Below the pieces are notes generated by a model. It had not been told where the DNA came from, searched no databases, and saw only the letters and a program-made list of their open reading frames with translations. Shown one piece after another: positions 29,608-40,900 of a stretch of DNA of 64,000 nt. The DNA comes from Armatimonadota bacterium (GTDB lineage Bacteria > Armatimonadota > UBA5829 > DSUL01), in NCBI GenBank assembly GCA_039811685.1, contig JBDHZC010000001.1:160001-224000 (forward strand), given 5' to 3'. The position numbers and the translations under genes were made by a program. How positions within the stretch are numbered: position 1 is the first letter of the stretch; each line of letters starts with the position of its first letter.

Positions 29608-30807
29608 GTGACAACGATAGACGCAATCGACTTCTTCTATCTGTCCATGCCGAACGTGGAAGACATCGGAGACGGGAGTCAGGATGCGTTGCTTGTGCGG
29701 GTGTGTGCTGGTGAGTACGAAGGGTGGGGTGAGTGTGAAGCATCTCCGCTGGTCTCCATCGCCAGCCTTATCTGCCCCATGAGCCACTCCGCGTGCAAGA
29801 GCGTTTCTGCTGGCGTACTCGGCCAGAAGCTGGAAGAAATCAGCGACATCGCGCGAATCTCTGCGGAAGTTTCTCTCTCCAGTATGGACCTGCTTCAAAA
29901 GGACCATACGATGTCCGGCATCGAGATTGCCATGTGGGATTTGATGGGGCATCGCCTGCAAGCCCCCGTCTGGAGTCTGCTGGGCGACAAGCGAAGTCAC
30001 CCAAAAACTCCGTACGCCTCCGCCCTCTTTGGAGATACACCGCAGCAGACGCTGGAGAAGGGGCGCGCCATCAGGTGTGAAGGCTATCGGGCGGCAAAGT
30101 TTGGCTGGGGGCCGTTCGGAAAGACCAGCGCCAGTGACGACGAAGACCAGATTGAGGCGGCGCGGGAAGGGCTTGGCGATGACGCAGTTCTGCTCGTGGA
30201 TGTGGGATGTGTCTGGGGTGAGAATGTTGCGCGCGCGCTCGAAGTTGTAGATGCTCTGGAGCGGTGCAATGTGCTCTGGCTTGAGGAGCCTTTTCACACC
30301 GGGGCGCTTCACGCTTACAAACAGCTTTCACTGCGCAGCGGCAGCGTAAAACTGGCCGGCGGAGAAGGCTCGCACAATGCCTATATGGCGCGCCACATGA
30401 TTGACCACGCGGGCGTCGGGTTCATCCAAATTGACACCGGCCGCATAGGCGGAATAGGGCCGGCCAGAGACGTGATGGAGTACGCCCTCAGCCGCAATGT
30501 GACCTTCGTGAATCACACCTTCACCTCTCACCTTGCGCTCAGCGCTTCTCTCCAGCCTTTTGCAGGGCGCTCTGACCTGTCGTTGTGTGAGTACCCTGTG
30601 CAGCCAAAGCCACTTGCGCAGGAGCTGACGGCCAGTCACATAGAGCGAAACTCGGACGGCAGCATTCTTACGCCGGACAAGCCTGGTCTGGGAGTAGAAG
30701 TTAACCTGGAGGCCGTACGCAAGTATCTGGTCAACACAGAGATTCGCGTCAGAGGAGAGCTGCTGTATCGCACTCCAGAGATACAGAGTGAGACATCTGG
30801 AGCATGA
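29608..30807 (+). CDS. Mandelate racemase/muconate lactonizing enzyme family (enolase superfamily)
   Basis: GWGE, SGIEIAMWDL, AAKFG, LVDVG, WLEEP, GGE, QIDTGRIGG, PGLGVE. Confidence 0.9.
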   Translation: MTTIDAIDFFYLSMPNVEDIGDGSQDALLVRVCAGEYEGWGECEASPLVSIASLICPMSHSACKSVSAGVLGQKLEEISDIARISAEVSLSSMDLLQKDHTMSGIEIAMWDLMGHRLQAPVWSLLGDKRSHPKTPYASALFGDTPQQTLEKGRAIRCEGYRAAKFGWGPFGKTSASDDEDQIEAAREGLGDDAVLLVDVGCVWGENVARALEVVDALERCNVLWLEEPFHTGALHAYKQLSLRSGSVKLAGGEGSHNAYMARHMIDHAGVGFIQIDTGRIGGIGPARDVMEYALSRNVTFVNHTFTSHLALSASLQPFAGRSDLSLCEYPVQPKPLAQELTASHIERNSDGSILTPDKPGLGVEVNLEAVRKYLVNTEIRVRGELLYRTPEIQSETSGA

Positions 30808-30832
30808 CGGAGTCTGGTGGATGAAAAATGCC

Positions 30833-30905
30833 TACCCCCAACGGGATTCGAACCCGTGCTACCACCGTGAAAGAGTGGTGTGCTAGGCCGCTGCACTATG
30901 GGGGC
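30833..30905 (-). tRNA. tRNA-Glu (TTC)
   Basis: GCCCCCA acceptor stem; anticodon arm CCACT-CTTTCAC-GGTGG; T-loop GGTTCGAATCC; CCA not encoded; upstream TTGACA-N17-TAAAAT at 30945-30917. Confidence 0.95.
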
Positions 30906-31078
30906 GTGACCGATGGATTTTATACGCCGCCTTCAAGCGTGTCAACCTGTCCTGGCGAGAAAATTCCGCTTTGATGCAGAGGATGTCATCCGGGCAGGAG
31001 TTCCGGGTGTTTCGGCGAAGCGGTTACGGGCCGCGCCCGGAGGCGGTCTGGAATTTCTTATTGTAAAAGGCCGGTACT

Positions 31079-33940
31079 ATGAGCTTTGTGACCAAACTTG
31101 ATTCTCTCTGGCGGCATGTGGCCGTCACCACGCGTGAGTCGGAACAGCTGATGCTGCGCCTGCGCTCGGAGATCGACGTCGCGCACCGATTCGCCACCCA
31201 TCGCAAGGAACTGCTGGATCAGTGGGAAGGCCTTATTGGGCGTGCTCTCAAAGACTTCAGTGACACTCTCAAAGACGGGAAAGGGAGTCTGGTTGAAGCG
31301 GTGACTGCTGCGGAGGACCGTCTCGATCAGATCGGTCGCGAGCTCAAGAAATACACAATTCACTGCTGTGGACACGCGCACATTGACATGAACTGGCTGT
31401 GGCCGTGGCAGGAGACTGTCAGCGCGACGCGAGACTCCTTCACAACAGTCGACCGCCTGATGGATCTCTTTCCGGACTTCAAGTTTTCTCAGGATCAGGC
31501 GTCAGTCTATGTTGCGATGGAGCAGTATTCGCCAGAGATTTTCGAGATGATCAAACGCCGCATTGCCGAAGGACGTTGGGACCTGACGGCGAGCACCTGG
31601 GTGGAGGGTGAGAAAAATCTCTCCAGCGGCGAAGCGCTGTGCCGGCAGATGCTCTACACCAGGCGTTACTTCAAAGAGAAATTCGGGATTCCTTACGACG
31701 CCGTCAAGATTGACTGGGAGCCAGACATGTTCGGGCACTCCCGGATGTTGCCGGCTATTTTGAACCGGGGCGGTGTTACGCGCTACTACTTCTGTCGAGC
31801 GGGCAAAGAGCCGAAGCTGTTCTGGTGGAAGGCGCCTGATGGCTCCAGGGTTCTCGCATTCATGGATGATGAGTTGTGGTACAACGGTTCGATCGGCCCG
31901 GAGATGACGAATCTGTTGTTCCGGTTTGAAGCAGACACTGGGCTGAAAGACTACATGTTTATGTACGGTGTTGGCGACCATGGCGGTGGCCCGACACGAC
32001 GCGATCTTCTGCTGTTCCACCAGATGCAGCAGTGGCCGATTTACCCGACACTGCGCTTGAGCAAGACATCGGACTTCTTTGACGCTGTTGAGGCAGCAAA
32101 TCCCAGTTTGCCGGTTATTGACGATGAGCTGAACACAATCTTTGAAGGCTGCTACACCTCTCAATCCAAGGTCAAACGCGGTAACCGCCGCAGTGAGAGT
32201 CTGCTTCCAAAAGCTGAAGCCATTGCCCTGATCGCCGGGGTTACGGACTCAATGCCCTATCCCTCTGAAGATCTGGAACGCGGTTGGCGTCACACTCTTT
32301 TGTGTCAGTTCCACGATATTCTGCCCGGCTCGGGCATCCATGCTACGTATGAGTACAGCGAGGGTCTCTACCAGGAAGTCGCAGCGATTTCAGAGTCTGT
32401 TATTACGCGTGGACTTCGCCGTCTGGCGTCGCGCGTTGATACTGCGTCTGTTGCGGGGGCTGTGCCGGAGGACGCAGAGCATTCTGAGATTGGCGCCGGG
32501 ACCGGAGCAGGAGCGGGTAAGGGCGATATCACCTCCGGCTCAACGAGCTACAACATTGGCGCACCCGGAGCGCAGCCGTTCCTGGTTTACAATTCGATGG
32601 GCTGGGCACGCTCGGAGATTGCTGTCGCGCAGGTGTGGAATGTGGATTGGCCACATGGGCCGGTTAAGGCCATTGGTCCAGATGGTGAAAGCGTAAGCGC
32701 TCAGGTGCTGGATCACAATCAGTACTGGGGCCATGCGTACACGACCGTGGCGTTTCCGGTAGAGGACGTCCCGTCGGTAGGCTACAAGGTGTACGCTCTG
32801 GATCGTGACGTCGAGCCGCAACCGTGCGAAGGCGTCCACGTCCATGCGCGCAAGGAGGTTCTTTATTGCCCGGCCTGTGAACTGGGACAGGTCACTCTGG
32901 AAAATCAGCATCTCAGCGTCACGCTTGAGAGCAAAGCCGGAGCTATCTGTCATCTCGTAGACAAGGCGACCGGCATTGACTTTGTGCCGCAGGGTGAGTT
33001 CATGGGTTTGCTGGAGGTCTTCAACGAAGCTCACAACCCCATGAGCGCGTGGAACATAGGCCAGATTCGCCGCGTTGAGAAGCTGGATGAAGGCTGGACG
33101 CTGGATGTGCGCCACCGGGGCCCGCACCGTGGAGCTGTCGTCTGCAGGCGCTCCTACAACGACAGCACTCTGAGCCTGGAAATATCTCTTGATAACGACA
33201 GCCGCCAGGTGCGATTTGACTTGACCGTCAACTGGCTGGAGCGCGGAACGCCCGAGAAGGGTGTGCCTTTCCTGCGCACGGCACTTCCGGTAGCTGTAAG
33301 CAACCCACAGTCAACCTACGAGATACCGTTTGGCTCAATCCAAAGGCCTGCGCACGGTCAGGAAGTTCCAGCGCTCAAGTGGGCTGATGTGTCTGGATCG
33401 ACAGCTTCCGGTCCGGCAGGACTGACTCTTGTCAATGAATCGAAATACGGCCACAACGCGGACGGTAGCACTCTGCGCCTGTCTCTGTTGAGGTCCAGCT
33501 ATGCTCCCGATCCACTGCCGGAGATGGGAGAGCACCGCATTAGTTGGGCTGTTCAACCGCACACTGGCGCTTTCAGTGTCAGCGAGGCGATGAAGGCGGG
33601 ATGGAACTTCAACGATCCTCTCACTGTCATTTCCACTGCTGTCCACTCCGGCGATCTTCCACCGGCCAGGAGTTTTGCCAGCGTGGAGCCGGCGAACGTT
33701 GTTATGGCGGCGCTTAAAAAGGCAGAGGATTCGGACGGTATTGTTGTGCGCCTCTTTGAATGCGAAGGCCATGATACTGATGCTTCTGTCTCACTGGATG
33801 GTCTGGTCAGGCAGGGGAGCAGCGCGACCGAGATGGACATACTCGAGCAGCCGCTTGAAGCTTCAGCGGCCCAGATGGATGGCACAACCCTGAAAGTCAA
33901 GGTTCCTGCATACGGCATAGCCACTGTGAGGGTGGAATAG
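31079..33940 (+). CDS. Alpha-mannosidase, glycoside hydrolase family 38
   Basis: GHAHIDMNWLW, PDMFGH, GVGDHGGGP, GCYTSQ, QFHDILPGS, LRLSLLRS. Confidence 0.93.
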   Translation: MSFVTKLDSLWRHVAVTTRESEQLMLRLRSEIDVAHRFATHRKELLDQWEGLIGRALKDFSDTLKDGKGSLVEAVTAAEDRLDQIGRELKKYTIHCCGHAHIDMNWLWPWQETVSATRDSFTTVDRLMDLFPDFKFSQDQASVYVAMEQYSPEIFEMIKRRIAEGRWDLTASTWVEGEKNLSSGEALCRQMLYTRRYFKEKFGIPYDAVKIDWEPDMFGHSRMLPAILNRGGVTRYYFCRAGKEPKLFWWKAPDGSRVLAFMDDELWYNGSIGPEMTNLLFRFEADTGLKDYMFMYGVGDHGGGPTRRDLLLFHQMQQWPIYPTLRLSKTSDFFDAVEAANPSLPVIDDELNTIFEGCYTSQSKVKRGNRRSESLLPKAEAIALIAGVTDSMPYPSEDLERGWRHTLLCQFHDILPGSGIHATYEYSEGLYQEVAAISESVITRGLRRLASRVDTASVAGAVPEDAEHSEIGAGTGAGAGKGDITSGSTSYNIGAPGAQPFLVYNSMGWARSEIAVAQVWNVDWPHGPVKAIGPDGESVSAQVLDHNQYWGHAYTTVAFPVEDVPSVGYKVYALDRDVEPQPCEGVHVHARKEVLYCPACELGQVTLENQHLSVTLESKAGAICHLVDKATGIDFVPQGEFMGLLEVFNEAHNPMSAWNIGQIRRVEKLDEGWTLDVRHRGPHRGAVVCRRSYNDSTLSLEISLDNDSRQVRFDLTVNWLERGTPEKGVPFLRTALPVAVSNPQSTYEIPFGSIQRPAHGQEVPALKWADVSGSTASGPAGLTLVNESKYGHNADGSTLRLSLLRSSYAPDPLPEMGEHRISWAVQPHTGAFSVSEAMKAGWNFNDPLTVISTAVHSGDLPPARSFASVEPANVVMAALKKAEDSDGIVVRLFECEGHDTDASVSLDGLVRQGSSATEMDILEQPLEASAAQMDGTTLKVKVPAYGIATVRVE

Positions 33941-33983
33941 TGCCTGGACTCATCCGCGCTGACTTAACTGATGAGGTAGCAAA

Positions 33984-35615
33984 ATGACACGGCCGCCCGC
34001 TGCGCCATGGTCGCTTGGTGTTGTTCTGCTCTCCCGGTACCCTGAACACAACTTTCTCTTTGAAATCCTGGACCACTCCGGAGTCGCCTATCGTCGCGTT
34101 CAGCCTGGAGAATCTCCGGAGGCAATAGGGGGCTGTTCGGTATGGCTGATTGGGAGCTATCTTCCGGCTGGTGTCCCACAAGATTGGACTTCGGCTATCC
34201 GTTCGCATCTGAACTCCGGAGGTGGTCTTGTTCTGCTGGGGAACCCTGCCGGACTAGAAGATCTGTTCCGAGTCCAAACGCTGGGACGAGATTTGGGTGA
34301 GGGATACTACGTGCCGGAGGCTCTCAAGAGTTGTCCTGACGATGTCTGGCTCCACCATTTTGGAGGTGCTGCGGTCCGGCCGCTGAGCGGTAGCTCTGAT
34401 GCTGTAGGAAAACTGACTGGAACTGAAGGCGAGGCGCAGGACGCGGTGGGGCTTGTGCGTCCGTCAGAATCGCTCTCCGGAATCTTCGTTGATGTCGCTA
34501 AGACCTGCCGGTATATTCAGCACGGCATTCCGGTTGTTGCAGATGGTGTGCCAGCGCCGGACGGCAGCGCACCACTGAACGACAACATCCTCAAGGCAGA
34601 GGACGGTCACGTTCTGGACTGGCGTCGAGACCGCCACACGATCGAAGGATGTGACTTCCCTTTCTTTACCTATCCGGTGGCGGACATTTGGAAAGAGCTC
34701 CTTCTCAGCGAGGTTTTTCGCGTGGCGTCGAAGGTGGCGGCGCCCCTGAAGATGCTCTGGTACTGGCCGGATCGCCTACCGGCAGTCGGACAGATATCGT
34801 ATGACTCTGACCACAATGGCCCGGATGAAGCGCATCGGACTATTGCCGCACTCAAGGACATCGACATCCGTACAACCTGGCTCGTCATTGCACCGGGTTA
34901 CGACAAGGGCAGTGGGGTCATCGAGTCTCTGAAGGCCAACGATCACGAGGTCGGCTTTCATTTTGACGCTGGTATCAACCCTGAAGATAGATGGGAGGGG
35001 TGGCTCCGGCAAAAGTTCCACCAACAGCTCCACGAAGTTGCCCGCGCTTGCTCAGTCGGAGGTTTTCGCTCAAACAAGAATCATTACACCCGCTGGCAGG
35101 GGAGCCTTGATCTGTTGGAGTGGTGTCAGGAGTCGGGCATCTCAACCGACCTGACTAAGCTGCCTTCGAAGCTTGGAACTGCTGGATTCTTCGCGGGAAG
35201 CGCACACCCTTGGCTGCACCACGACATCCGCGGCGAGCCGCTCGATTGCCTTGAAATCCATGGATTCACGCAGGACCCGGTTGTGACCGTTCCGCCTGTT
35301 GTCCAGCTCTATCTGTTGCGTCAATGCGCGCGCCACAACGGGGTAGCAGCTTTCACCTATCACCCTGTCCACATCGCAAAGCCTGGCGTAGAGGACGCGC
35401 TCCGGCAGACGATTCAGCTTGGAAGAGACCTGAATCTGGAGTGGTGGACGGTGGAGGAGATTCACGACTGGGAGCTTGCCCGTCGCGCAATCCAATGGAA
35501 CGGCGCCGGTCAGCCAGAAGGCGGCGCTCTCATAAGAGGCCGCAGTGGCGTTGTGTTGACTCTGGACTCTGACGGAGACTTCTCTTACCTGGATCACAGG
35601 TTTCTCGCCAACTGA
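33984..35615 (+). CDS. Hypothetical protein with C-terminal polysaccharide-deacetylase-like barrel
   Basis: 543-aa ORF; SYDSD, HEVGFH, NHYTRW and YHP motifs. Confidence 0.6.
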   Translation: MTRPPAAPWSLGVVLLSRYPEHNFLFEILDHSGVAYRRVQPGESPEAIGGCSVWLIGSYLPAGVPQDWTSAIRSHLNSGGGLVLLGNPAGLEDLFRVQTLGRDLGEGYYVPEALKSCPDDVWLHHFGGAAVRPLSGSSDAVGKLTGTEGEAQDAVGLVRPSESLSGIFVDVAKTCRYIQHGIPVVADGVPAPDGSAPLNDNILKAEDGHVLDWRRDRHTIEGCDFPFFTYPVADIWKELLLSEVFRVASKVAAPLKMLWYWPDRLPAVGQISYDSDHNGPDEAHRTIAALKDIDIRTTWLVIAPGYDKGSGVIESLKANDHEVGFHFDAGINPEDRWEGWLRQKFHQQLHEVARACSVGGFRSNKNHYTRWQGSLDLLEWCQESGISTDLTKLPSKLGTAGFFAGSAHPWLHHDIRGEPLDCLEIHGFTQDPVVTVPPVVQLYLLRQCARHNGVAAFTYHPVHIAKPGVEDALRQTIQLGRDLNLEWWTVEEIHDWELARRAIQWNGAGQPEGGALIRGRSGVVLTLDSDGDFSYLDHRFLAN

Positions 35616-35638
35616 GCCGATCTCTCGCGTTGCCTCTC

Positions 35639-35704
35639 TTGACACTCAATGCGCACGCGGATAACATCCCCTCGGAATTAGCACTCTCGCCTGGCGACTG
35701 CTAA
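35639..35704 (+). promoter_or_regulatory. groESL promoter and CIRCE (HrcA operator)
   Basis: TTGACA-N17-TAACAT (35639-35667); TTAGCACTC-N9-GACTGCTAA (35678-35704), one mismatch to the CIRCE consensus. Confidence 0.9.
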
Positions 35705-35762
35705 GCGCGACAGGAGAGGGCGCTCAGCTTTGTACATTCCTACACGGAGGAGGATACGCACG

Positions 35763-36047
35763 TTGATTAAGCCGTTGTTCGACAAGGTTGTAGTTGAGCC
35801 TTCGGAAGCAGAAGACATCAGCGCAGGCGGCATCGTTTTGCCGGATTCTGCGAAAAAGAAGCCTCAGGAAGGCAAAGTCATTGCAGTGGGTGCGGGCCGG
35901 GTGCTGGATGACGGCTCGCGCGGTCCAATGGCTGTGAAGGCTGGTGACACAATTATTTACGCTAAGTACGGCGGGACTGAAGTCACGGTTGATGGCAAAG
36001 ATTATGTGATTCTGGATGAGGATTCCATCTACGCTGTCAAGAGTTGA
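35763..36047 (+). CDS. groES: Co-chaperonin GroES
   Basis: [34 protein letters not shown] start after GGAGGAGG. Confidence 0.97.
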   Translation: MIKPLFDKVVVEPSEAEDISAGGIVLPDSAKKKPQEGKVIAVGAGRVLDDGSRGPMAVKAGDTIIYAKYGGTEVTVDGKDYVILDEDSIYAVKS

Positions 36048-36189
36048 CGATTCTATAGCGTGAAGATGTTGAAGGGCCGGAGCACGGGCTGGGGCGGGCT
36101 CATCGCTGGCATTTAGGCCCTGCTTCGCACAGGTGCAGACGGGTGCGCATGAGGCCAGTCTACGCCCTGCATTCTGAGGAGGTTTTATT

Positions 36190-37818
36190 ATGGCTGCCAA
36201 ACAGATCATTTACGATGAGGAAGCGCGCAAAGCGCTTGAGCGCGGCGCAAAAACAGTTGCCGCTGCAGTGAAGGTGACTCTTGGTCCCAAGGGGCGCAAT
36301 GTTGTTCTTGACAAGAAGTGGGGCTCACCGACCATTACCAAAGACGGTGTGACAGTTGCCAAGGAGATTGAGCTCACCGATCCTTATGAAAACATGGGCG
36401 CCCAGCTTGTGAAAGAGGTCGCTTCCAAGACCAACGACATTGCTGGAGACGGGACAACGACCGCAACAGTTCTGGCTGAGGCGCTGGTGAGCGAAGGGCT
36501 GAAGTATGTCGCGGCGGGCGGCAGCCCCACGGCTGTTAAGCGCGGGATCGACAAGGCGGTGGAAGCTGCAGTCGAACAGCTCAAAAAGAGCGCTGAACCG
36601 GTGGAGACCAAAGAAGAGGTCGCCAATGTCGCCTCGATCGCCGGCAACGACCGCGAAGTCGGCGAGTTGCTCGCGGATGCTCTTGACAAAGTCGGACGCG
36701 ACGGTGTCATCACGGTTGAGGAGTCCAAAGGCACAGCCACTGAAGTGGACGTTGTCGAAGGCATGCAGTTTGACAAGGGTTATATTTCTCCTTACATGGT
36801 GACTGATCCAGAACGCATGGAGGCCGTCTTTGACAATCCCCTTGTGTTGGTGCATGAGAAAAAGATTTCCTCAGCGGCAGACCTGATTCCGTTTCTCGAG
36901 AAGATCGCACAGACCCGGCGCCCGCTGGTTATCATTGCTGAGGATATTGATGGCGATGCTCTCGCTACGCTGGTCGTGAACCGCCTGCGCGGAACGCTTC
37001 AGGTTGCCGCTGCCAAGGCCCCGGGCTTTGGTGACCGGCGCAAGGAGATGCTGCGCGACATAGCCACGCTCACCGGGGGTGAGTATATCAGCGAGGAACT
37101 CGGGCTGAAGCTGGAGCATCTTGAAACCAGCCAACTGGGTTCGGCTAAGAAGATCACGATCTCCAAAGACAAGACTACCATTATCGAAGGCGCCGGCAAG
37201 CGTGAAGATGTTGCCGCTCGGATTCAGCAGATTCGTAACGCCATAGAGACGACCGACTCCAACTACGACCGTGAGAAGCTGCAGGAACGCCTGGCGAAGC
37301 TGGCCGGCGGTGTAGCTGTCGTTCGAGTTGGCGCCAGCACTGAGACAGAGCTCAAAGAGAAGAAGCATCGCTATGAGGATGCTCTGTCCGCTACGCGCGC
37401 GGCTATCGAAGAGGGCATCGTCTCAGGTGGTGGCGTCGCACTGGTCAACGTCATTTCAACAGTGGAAAGCCTGCCACTTGAGGGTGACGAAAAAGTCGGC
37501 GCAAACATTGTGAAGCGCGCTCTCGAAGAGCCACTGCGCCAGATAGCCGAGAACGCGGGGCAGGAAGGCTCTGTCGTGGTGAATGATGTCAAGCGCCACA
37601 ATAAGCCGGGATGGGGCTACAATGCGCTAACCGGTGAGATCGTGGACATGATGAAGGCAGGAATCGTTGATCCTCTGAAGGTGACGCGCTCCGGTCTGCA
37701 GAACGCGGCCTCTATCGCAAACATGGTGCTCTCTACAGAGACGCTGGTTGCGGAAAAGCGGGAGAAGAAGCCTGCTGCTCCGGCTCCTGGCGGTGGCATG
37801 GACGACTACGATATGTAG
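36190..37818 (+). CDS. groEL: Chaperonin GroEL
   Basis: [40 protein letters not shown]. Confidence 0.99.
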   Translation: MAAKQIIYDEEARKALERGAKTVAAAVKVTLGPKGRNVVLDKKWGSPTITKDGVTVAKEIELTDPYENMGAQLVKEVASKTNDIAGDGTTTATVLAEALVSEGLKYVAAGGSPTAVKRGIDKAVEAAVEQLKKSAEPVETKEEVANVASIAGNDREVGELLADALDKVGRDGVITVEESKGTATEVDVVEGMQFDKGYISPYMVTDPERMEAVFDNPLVLVHEKKISSAADLIPFLEKIAQTRRPLVIIAEDIDGDALATLVVNRLRGTLQVAAAKAPGFGDRRKEMLRDIATLTGGEYISEELGLKLEHLETSQLGSAKKITISKDKTTIIEGAGKREDVAARIQQIRNAIETTDSNYDREKLQERLAKLAGGVAVVRVGASTETELKEKKHRYEDALSATRAAIEEGIVSGGGVALVNVISTVESLPLEGDEKVGANIVKRALEEPLRQIAENAGQEGSVVVNDVKRHNKPGWGYNALTGEIVDMMKAGIVDPLKVTRSGLQNAASIANMVLSTETLVAEKREKKPAAPAPGGGMDDYDM

Positions 37819-37846
37819 CTGGACTTGCCAGTAAAGCAAGTTACTG

Positions 37847-37883
37847 AGAGCCTCGGCAGCCTGCATTGTCCGGGGCTCTTTTT
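37847..37883 (+). terminator. groESL intrinsic terminator
   Basis: AGAGCCTCGG..CCGGGGCTCT-TTTT. Confidence 0.7.
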
Positions 37884-37961
37884 ATGCCTGGTTGCCGCAG
37901 CTCTGGAACTTCTGGGTAGTTCCCCGGTTCGGTATCTACACCTGGTGCAAGGTTTGATGAG

Positions 37962-39236
37962 TTAGCGCGAAGCAATAGGAACTCTGAAGACTGAGCAGTC
38001 TCCGGGTGCAAGCCGCACACTCCACTTAAGAGACGTGCCTGCTCTGCTTGATTTGTGCTCCACTCTCAGCGGAGAAGGGCCGGACAGGGCAGCAGGTGTT
38101 GCGTTCCCGAGCTTCGCACCAGCTTCACGCGAACAATCTAGCGCTATGTTGAGCGTTTGAGCGCGCGCGGGGTCGGTATTCACAGCCACAACATAGGCAT
38201 CTCCGCCGTACATCCAGACAGTTGCGCGTCCGTTGCTGTCACAGGTCAAATATCCCGGAGCGGCTTTGAGCTGCAGGAGTGTTGGGGAAAGACGCTCCAA
38301 TCGGCGTGTGAGCCGTCCAATCTCTGTCCAGCGCTCGTCTCCCCTGTAGTTCTTATCTACCAGCCCCGACATTACACTGCCGCTTGCGGAGTCCCAAGTC
38401 TCCGTCTGATACAGAAACCAGAAGACACCACGAGCGCCGTTGGCAACGGACAGATAGGTCATACATCGGATTTCGGTTGGCGTCGGGAAGCGGTGGATGC
38501 CAGTGATGGCATGCGTCTGAAGAACAGCCCATAGGGTAGCGCCGCGGTTCTGCGTGTGCGACGCAGCCTGCCGGCACGCCTGGTCAAACGCCACCATAGG
38601 CTCCCGAGAGTTGAGAGGAGTGTGCACTCCGATCGGATAGAAGTCGAAGGCCAGTACGGAGGAACCGGTCTGATCTAGAAAAGCTTCGCTGTGATCAACT
38701 CCCATCAAGCACGTGAATGGCTGAAGTTCGGCAGAGAACCTTTTCAGCTCATTCGCCACCTTCCGATACCGGCCAAAGGCATCCGGCGCCGGTTCATCCA
38801 GAAGTTGTACCCGCCACAGGGCAGGGTGGTGCTGGATAGGGGACAGGTTCTGACTAAAGACCGTTTGCAGACGTCTGGTCTCGAGCGGCTGAGCGCCACG
38901 GATCATCTGTCCTGGTTCGCCGCCCTCTTTGTCCAGCTCGATAATCAGCTTGAGGTTGTTGCTCTGGGCCGCATCGAGCAGCGCGCTGTGGTGCGCAGGC
39001 GGAGTATTTGGAACGACAGCGCAGTTGAGCCCGTGCGCTGCGATATCGCGAAAGTTGCGTTCATAGAGCAGCGCCGCTTCTCCAGCGCTTTGGGGAATCA
39101 GATTCCACCTGAACTCTCCGACTCCACCCTCGTACCAAACGCCCAGCGGAAGCCTGGGACCGGTTGCCGCCACGCATACGGTCGCAAGAAGCACAGAGCA
39201 AAAGGCCGCGTAAATTGCCGTCATCCGCGTGATCAT
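37962..39236 (-). CDS. Secreted protein, probable glycoside-hydrolase-like TIM barrel
   Basis: Signal peptide; LDEP, FDFYP and GARGVFWFLY motifs. Confidence 0.6.
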   Translation of the reverse strand: MITRMTAIYAAFCSVLLATVCVAATGPRLPLGVWYEGGVGEFRWNLIPQSAGEAALLYERNFRDIAAHGLNCAVVPNTPPAHHSALLDAAQSNNLKLIIELDKEGGEPGQMIRGAQPLETRRLQTVFSQNLSPIQHHPALWRVQLLDEPAPDAFGRYRKVANELKRFSAELQPFTCLMGVDHSEAFLDQTGSSVLAFDFYPIGVHTPLNSREPMVAFDQACRQAASHTQNRGATLWAVLQTHAITGIHRFPTPTEIRCMTYLSVANGARGVFWFLYQTETWDSASGSVMSGLVDKNYRGDERWTEIGRLTRRLERLSPTLLQLKAAPGYLTCDSNGRATVWMYGGDAYVVAVNTDPARAQTLNIALDCSREAGAKLGNATPAALSGPSPLRVEHKSSRAGTSLKWSVRLAPGDCSVFRVPIASR

Positions 39237-39352
39237 ATCTGCCTAGTTACGCACGGCGGCAACTCTTCCTGCTCGCAATCTTTCGTTATGCTGTCTTGTA
39301 TCCTCAGAGTTCCAGCCGCTATGGCTCAAGACAGCGGTGTAGCGAGTTGGCG

Positions 39353-40399
39353 CTAGTAGTCGCCGGAAGATGTGACCTCTGAGTAGACCTTCCCGCCCTT
39401 GTACCAGTCCGCAGACACAGCGTCCCGCAACTCCTGATCACTGATACCCAGTCGCTGCTGCCAACTGGTCGCGTAGTTCGCAACAATGTCGCACAGCTTC
39501 TGAAAGCGCGGACGCCCGACGTGTTCTGTGAAGCGCGCACTCTCCTGTGCGGTGTTCTGGGTGAACCACTCCTTGAAGATTGCCCGGCCGGCCATAATGC
39601 CACTCGAGCCCGCTTTCATTGCCAGCTCAGTCTGTTTTTCAAACAGGTCAAAGTCCACACCCGCAGAGAGCAACACCCAGGGCCGAATAGCCACTTCATT
39701 CAGTTGAAGGAGGTTGTCCTGGATTTCGGATGCGCTCAGTGTGTTAATGTCCCCTGGAAACTCGAGCTTCAGAATGTCGGTGATTGGACCAAGGGCGCGT
39801 GCGGAGTCAATCGTGTTCTGCACCTTGCGTCCTGCGTAGTCCTCATCACTTTCGCCCGGGCGTTTGTAGGACAGCTCTTCTATGAGGAGAAGGATGTCAT
39901 TTTCCCGGCAGTCTTTCTGAATTTGGCGGGCGAAGTCGAGCTGGTGTTCTGTAGCCTGCTCATTTCCCATGTCAAGGTACACCAGTAGTTTCACTGCGTC
40001 GGCGCCCATTTGTTTGATCTGGCCCACACTCCATCCCGGCTCGAACTCCACGGGGGTTCCTGCGTCTTTCGAAGCTTCAACCCGTCCCAGGAGACCTGTC
40101 CCTTTTGGGATCGCGTTTGCGTTGATAGCTTGTCTCAGGCCATAGTTCACATCCAGCAGGACTGCGCTGGCATTGGCGCCGATGATGCGTGAGAACTCAA
40201 GTTTCGCCGCGCTGATCTCTTCATAGGTGGGTTCGCCTGGAATGTCCCGGATCTCATGCGTCCTCCGCAAGGCTTTCCGGAATGAATTCGACTGATCCAG
40301 CGCCAGGACACGAAAACACCCATTCTTGTCTGTGATGCGCCGAAGTCCCATCATCTTGCCCGGTGTCAGATTGACAAAGTGCTGTTTGAGTTCAGTCAT
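39353..40399 (-). CDS. Tagatose-1,6-bisphosphate aldolase family (LacD-like class I aldolase)
   Basis: LALDQ, SAVLLD, GADAVKLLVY, DILKLEFP, PWVLLSAG, GIMAGRAIFK. Confidence 0.88.
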   Translation of the reverse strand: MTELKQHFVNLTPGKMMGLRRITDKNGCFRVLALDQSNSFRKALRRTHEIRDIPGEPTYEEISAAKLEFSRIIGANASAVLLDVNYGLRQAINANAIPKGTGLLGRVEASKDAGTPVEFEPGWSVGQIKQMGADAVKLLVYLDMGNEQATEHQLDFARQIQKDCRENDILLLIEELSYKRPGESDEDYAGRKVQNTIDSARALGPITDILKLEFPGDINTLSASEIQDNLLQLNEVAIRPWVLLSAGVDFDLFEKQTELAMKAGSSGIMAGRAIFKEWFTQNTAQESARFTEHVGRPRFQKLCDIVANYATSWQQRLGISDQELRDAVSADWYKGGKVYSEVTSSGDY

Positions 40400-40900
40400 A
40401 GTTCTTACTCCTCTGTGAGAATGTCGTTGCCACGATCGCTCTTGAGTTCTGCGGCTTACAGGCTGCTTTATGTGGCGTCAGTCGGGTTTTCTGTGCTTTG
40501 AGCCTGTGATTCGTCTTCGATTTATCTCTTACCCGCGAATAGGCGCCGGGCACTCCGTGTCATCCATAACAGAGTGGTATTGATCCGGGATTGTCCTCCC
40601 GATTACCGGGAAAGGAACCGTTTGCGCGCGGGTAACCGTTCTAACCCATGACGCATCAACTCGGGTCTAGAAATGCAGCCGTCCAAAGGGGTCCGCAGGA
40701 GTGCGCCTCGTGAGCTTTTGGTGAAGTGTGCCCGTGGGTGGTATAATCCCCTCGAAGGGATGCAAGCGCGAAGTGCGCACGCGGACTTTTCTTGCCAGTC
40801 CAGCTTCCCATGGTCGTACAAAGCAGACAAAGTAAGTTCGGAGTCAGTCAGAGGTACACTCCGGATTTACTGCCGGAGGCGCTTTGTGCGGAGGTAAAGT

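Noticed and set aside
29333..29611. 92-aa ORF with hydrophobic N-terminus overlapping the enolase-family start
   Set aside because: It has no recognisable motif; it could be real or a remnant, but I cannot support it.
30833..30905. Genomic island at tRNA-Glu
   Set aside because: It is flanked by ordinary metabolic genes, with no integrase or repeat.
40610..40645. LacI-like operators upstream of the aldolase (GGAACCGTTTGC, GGTAACCGTTCT)
   Set aside because: The symmetry is too weak to call without comparative data.
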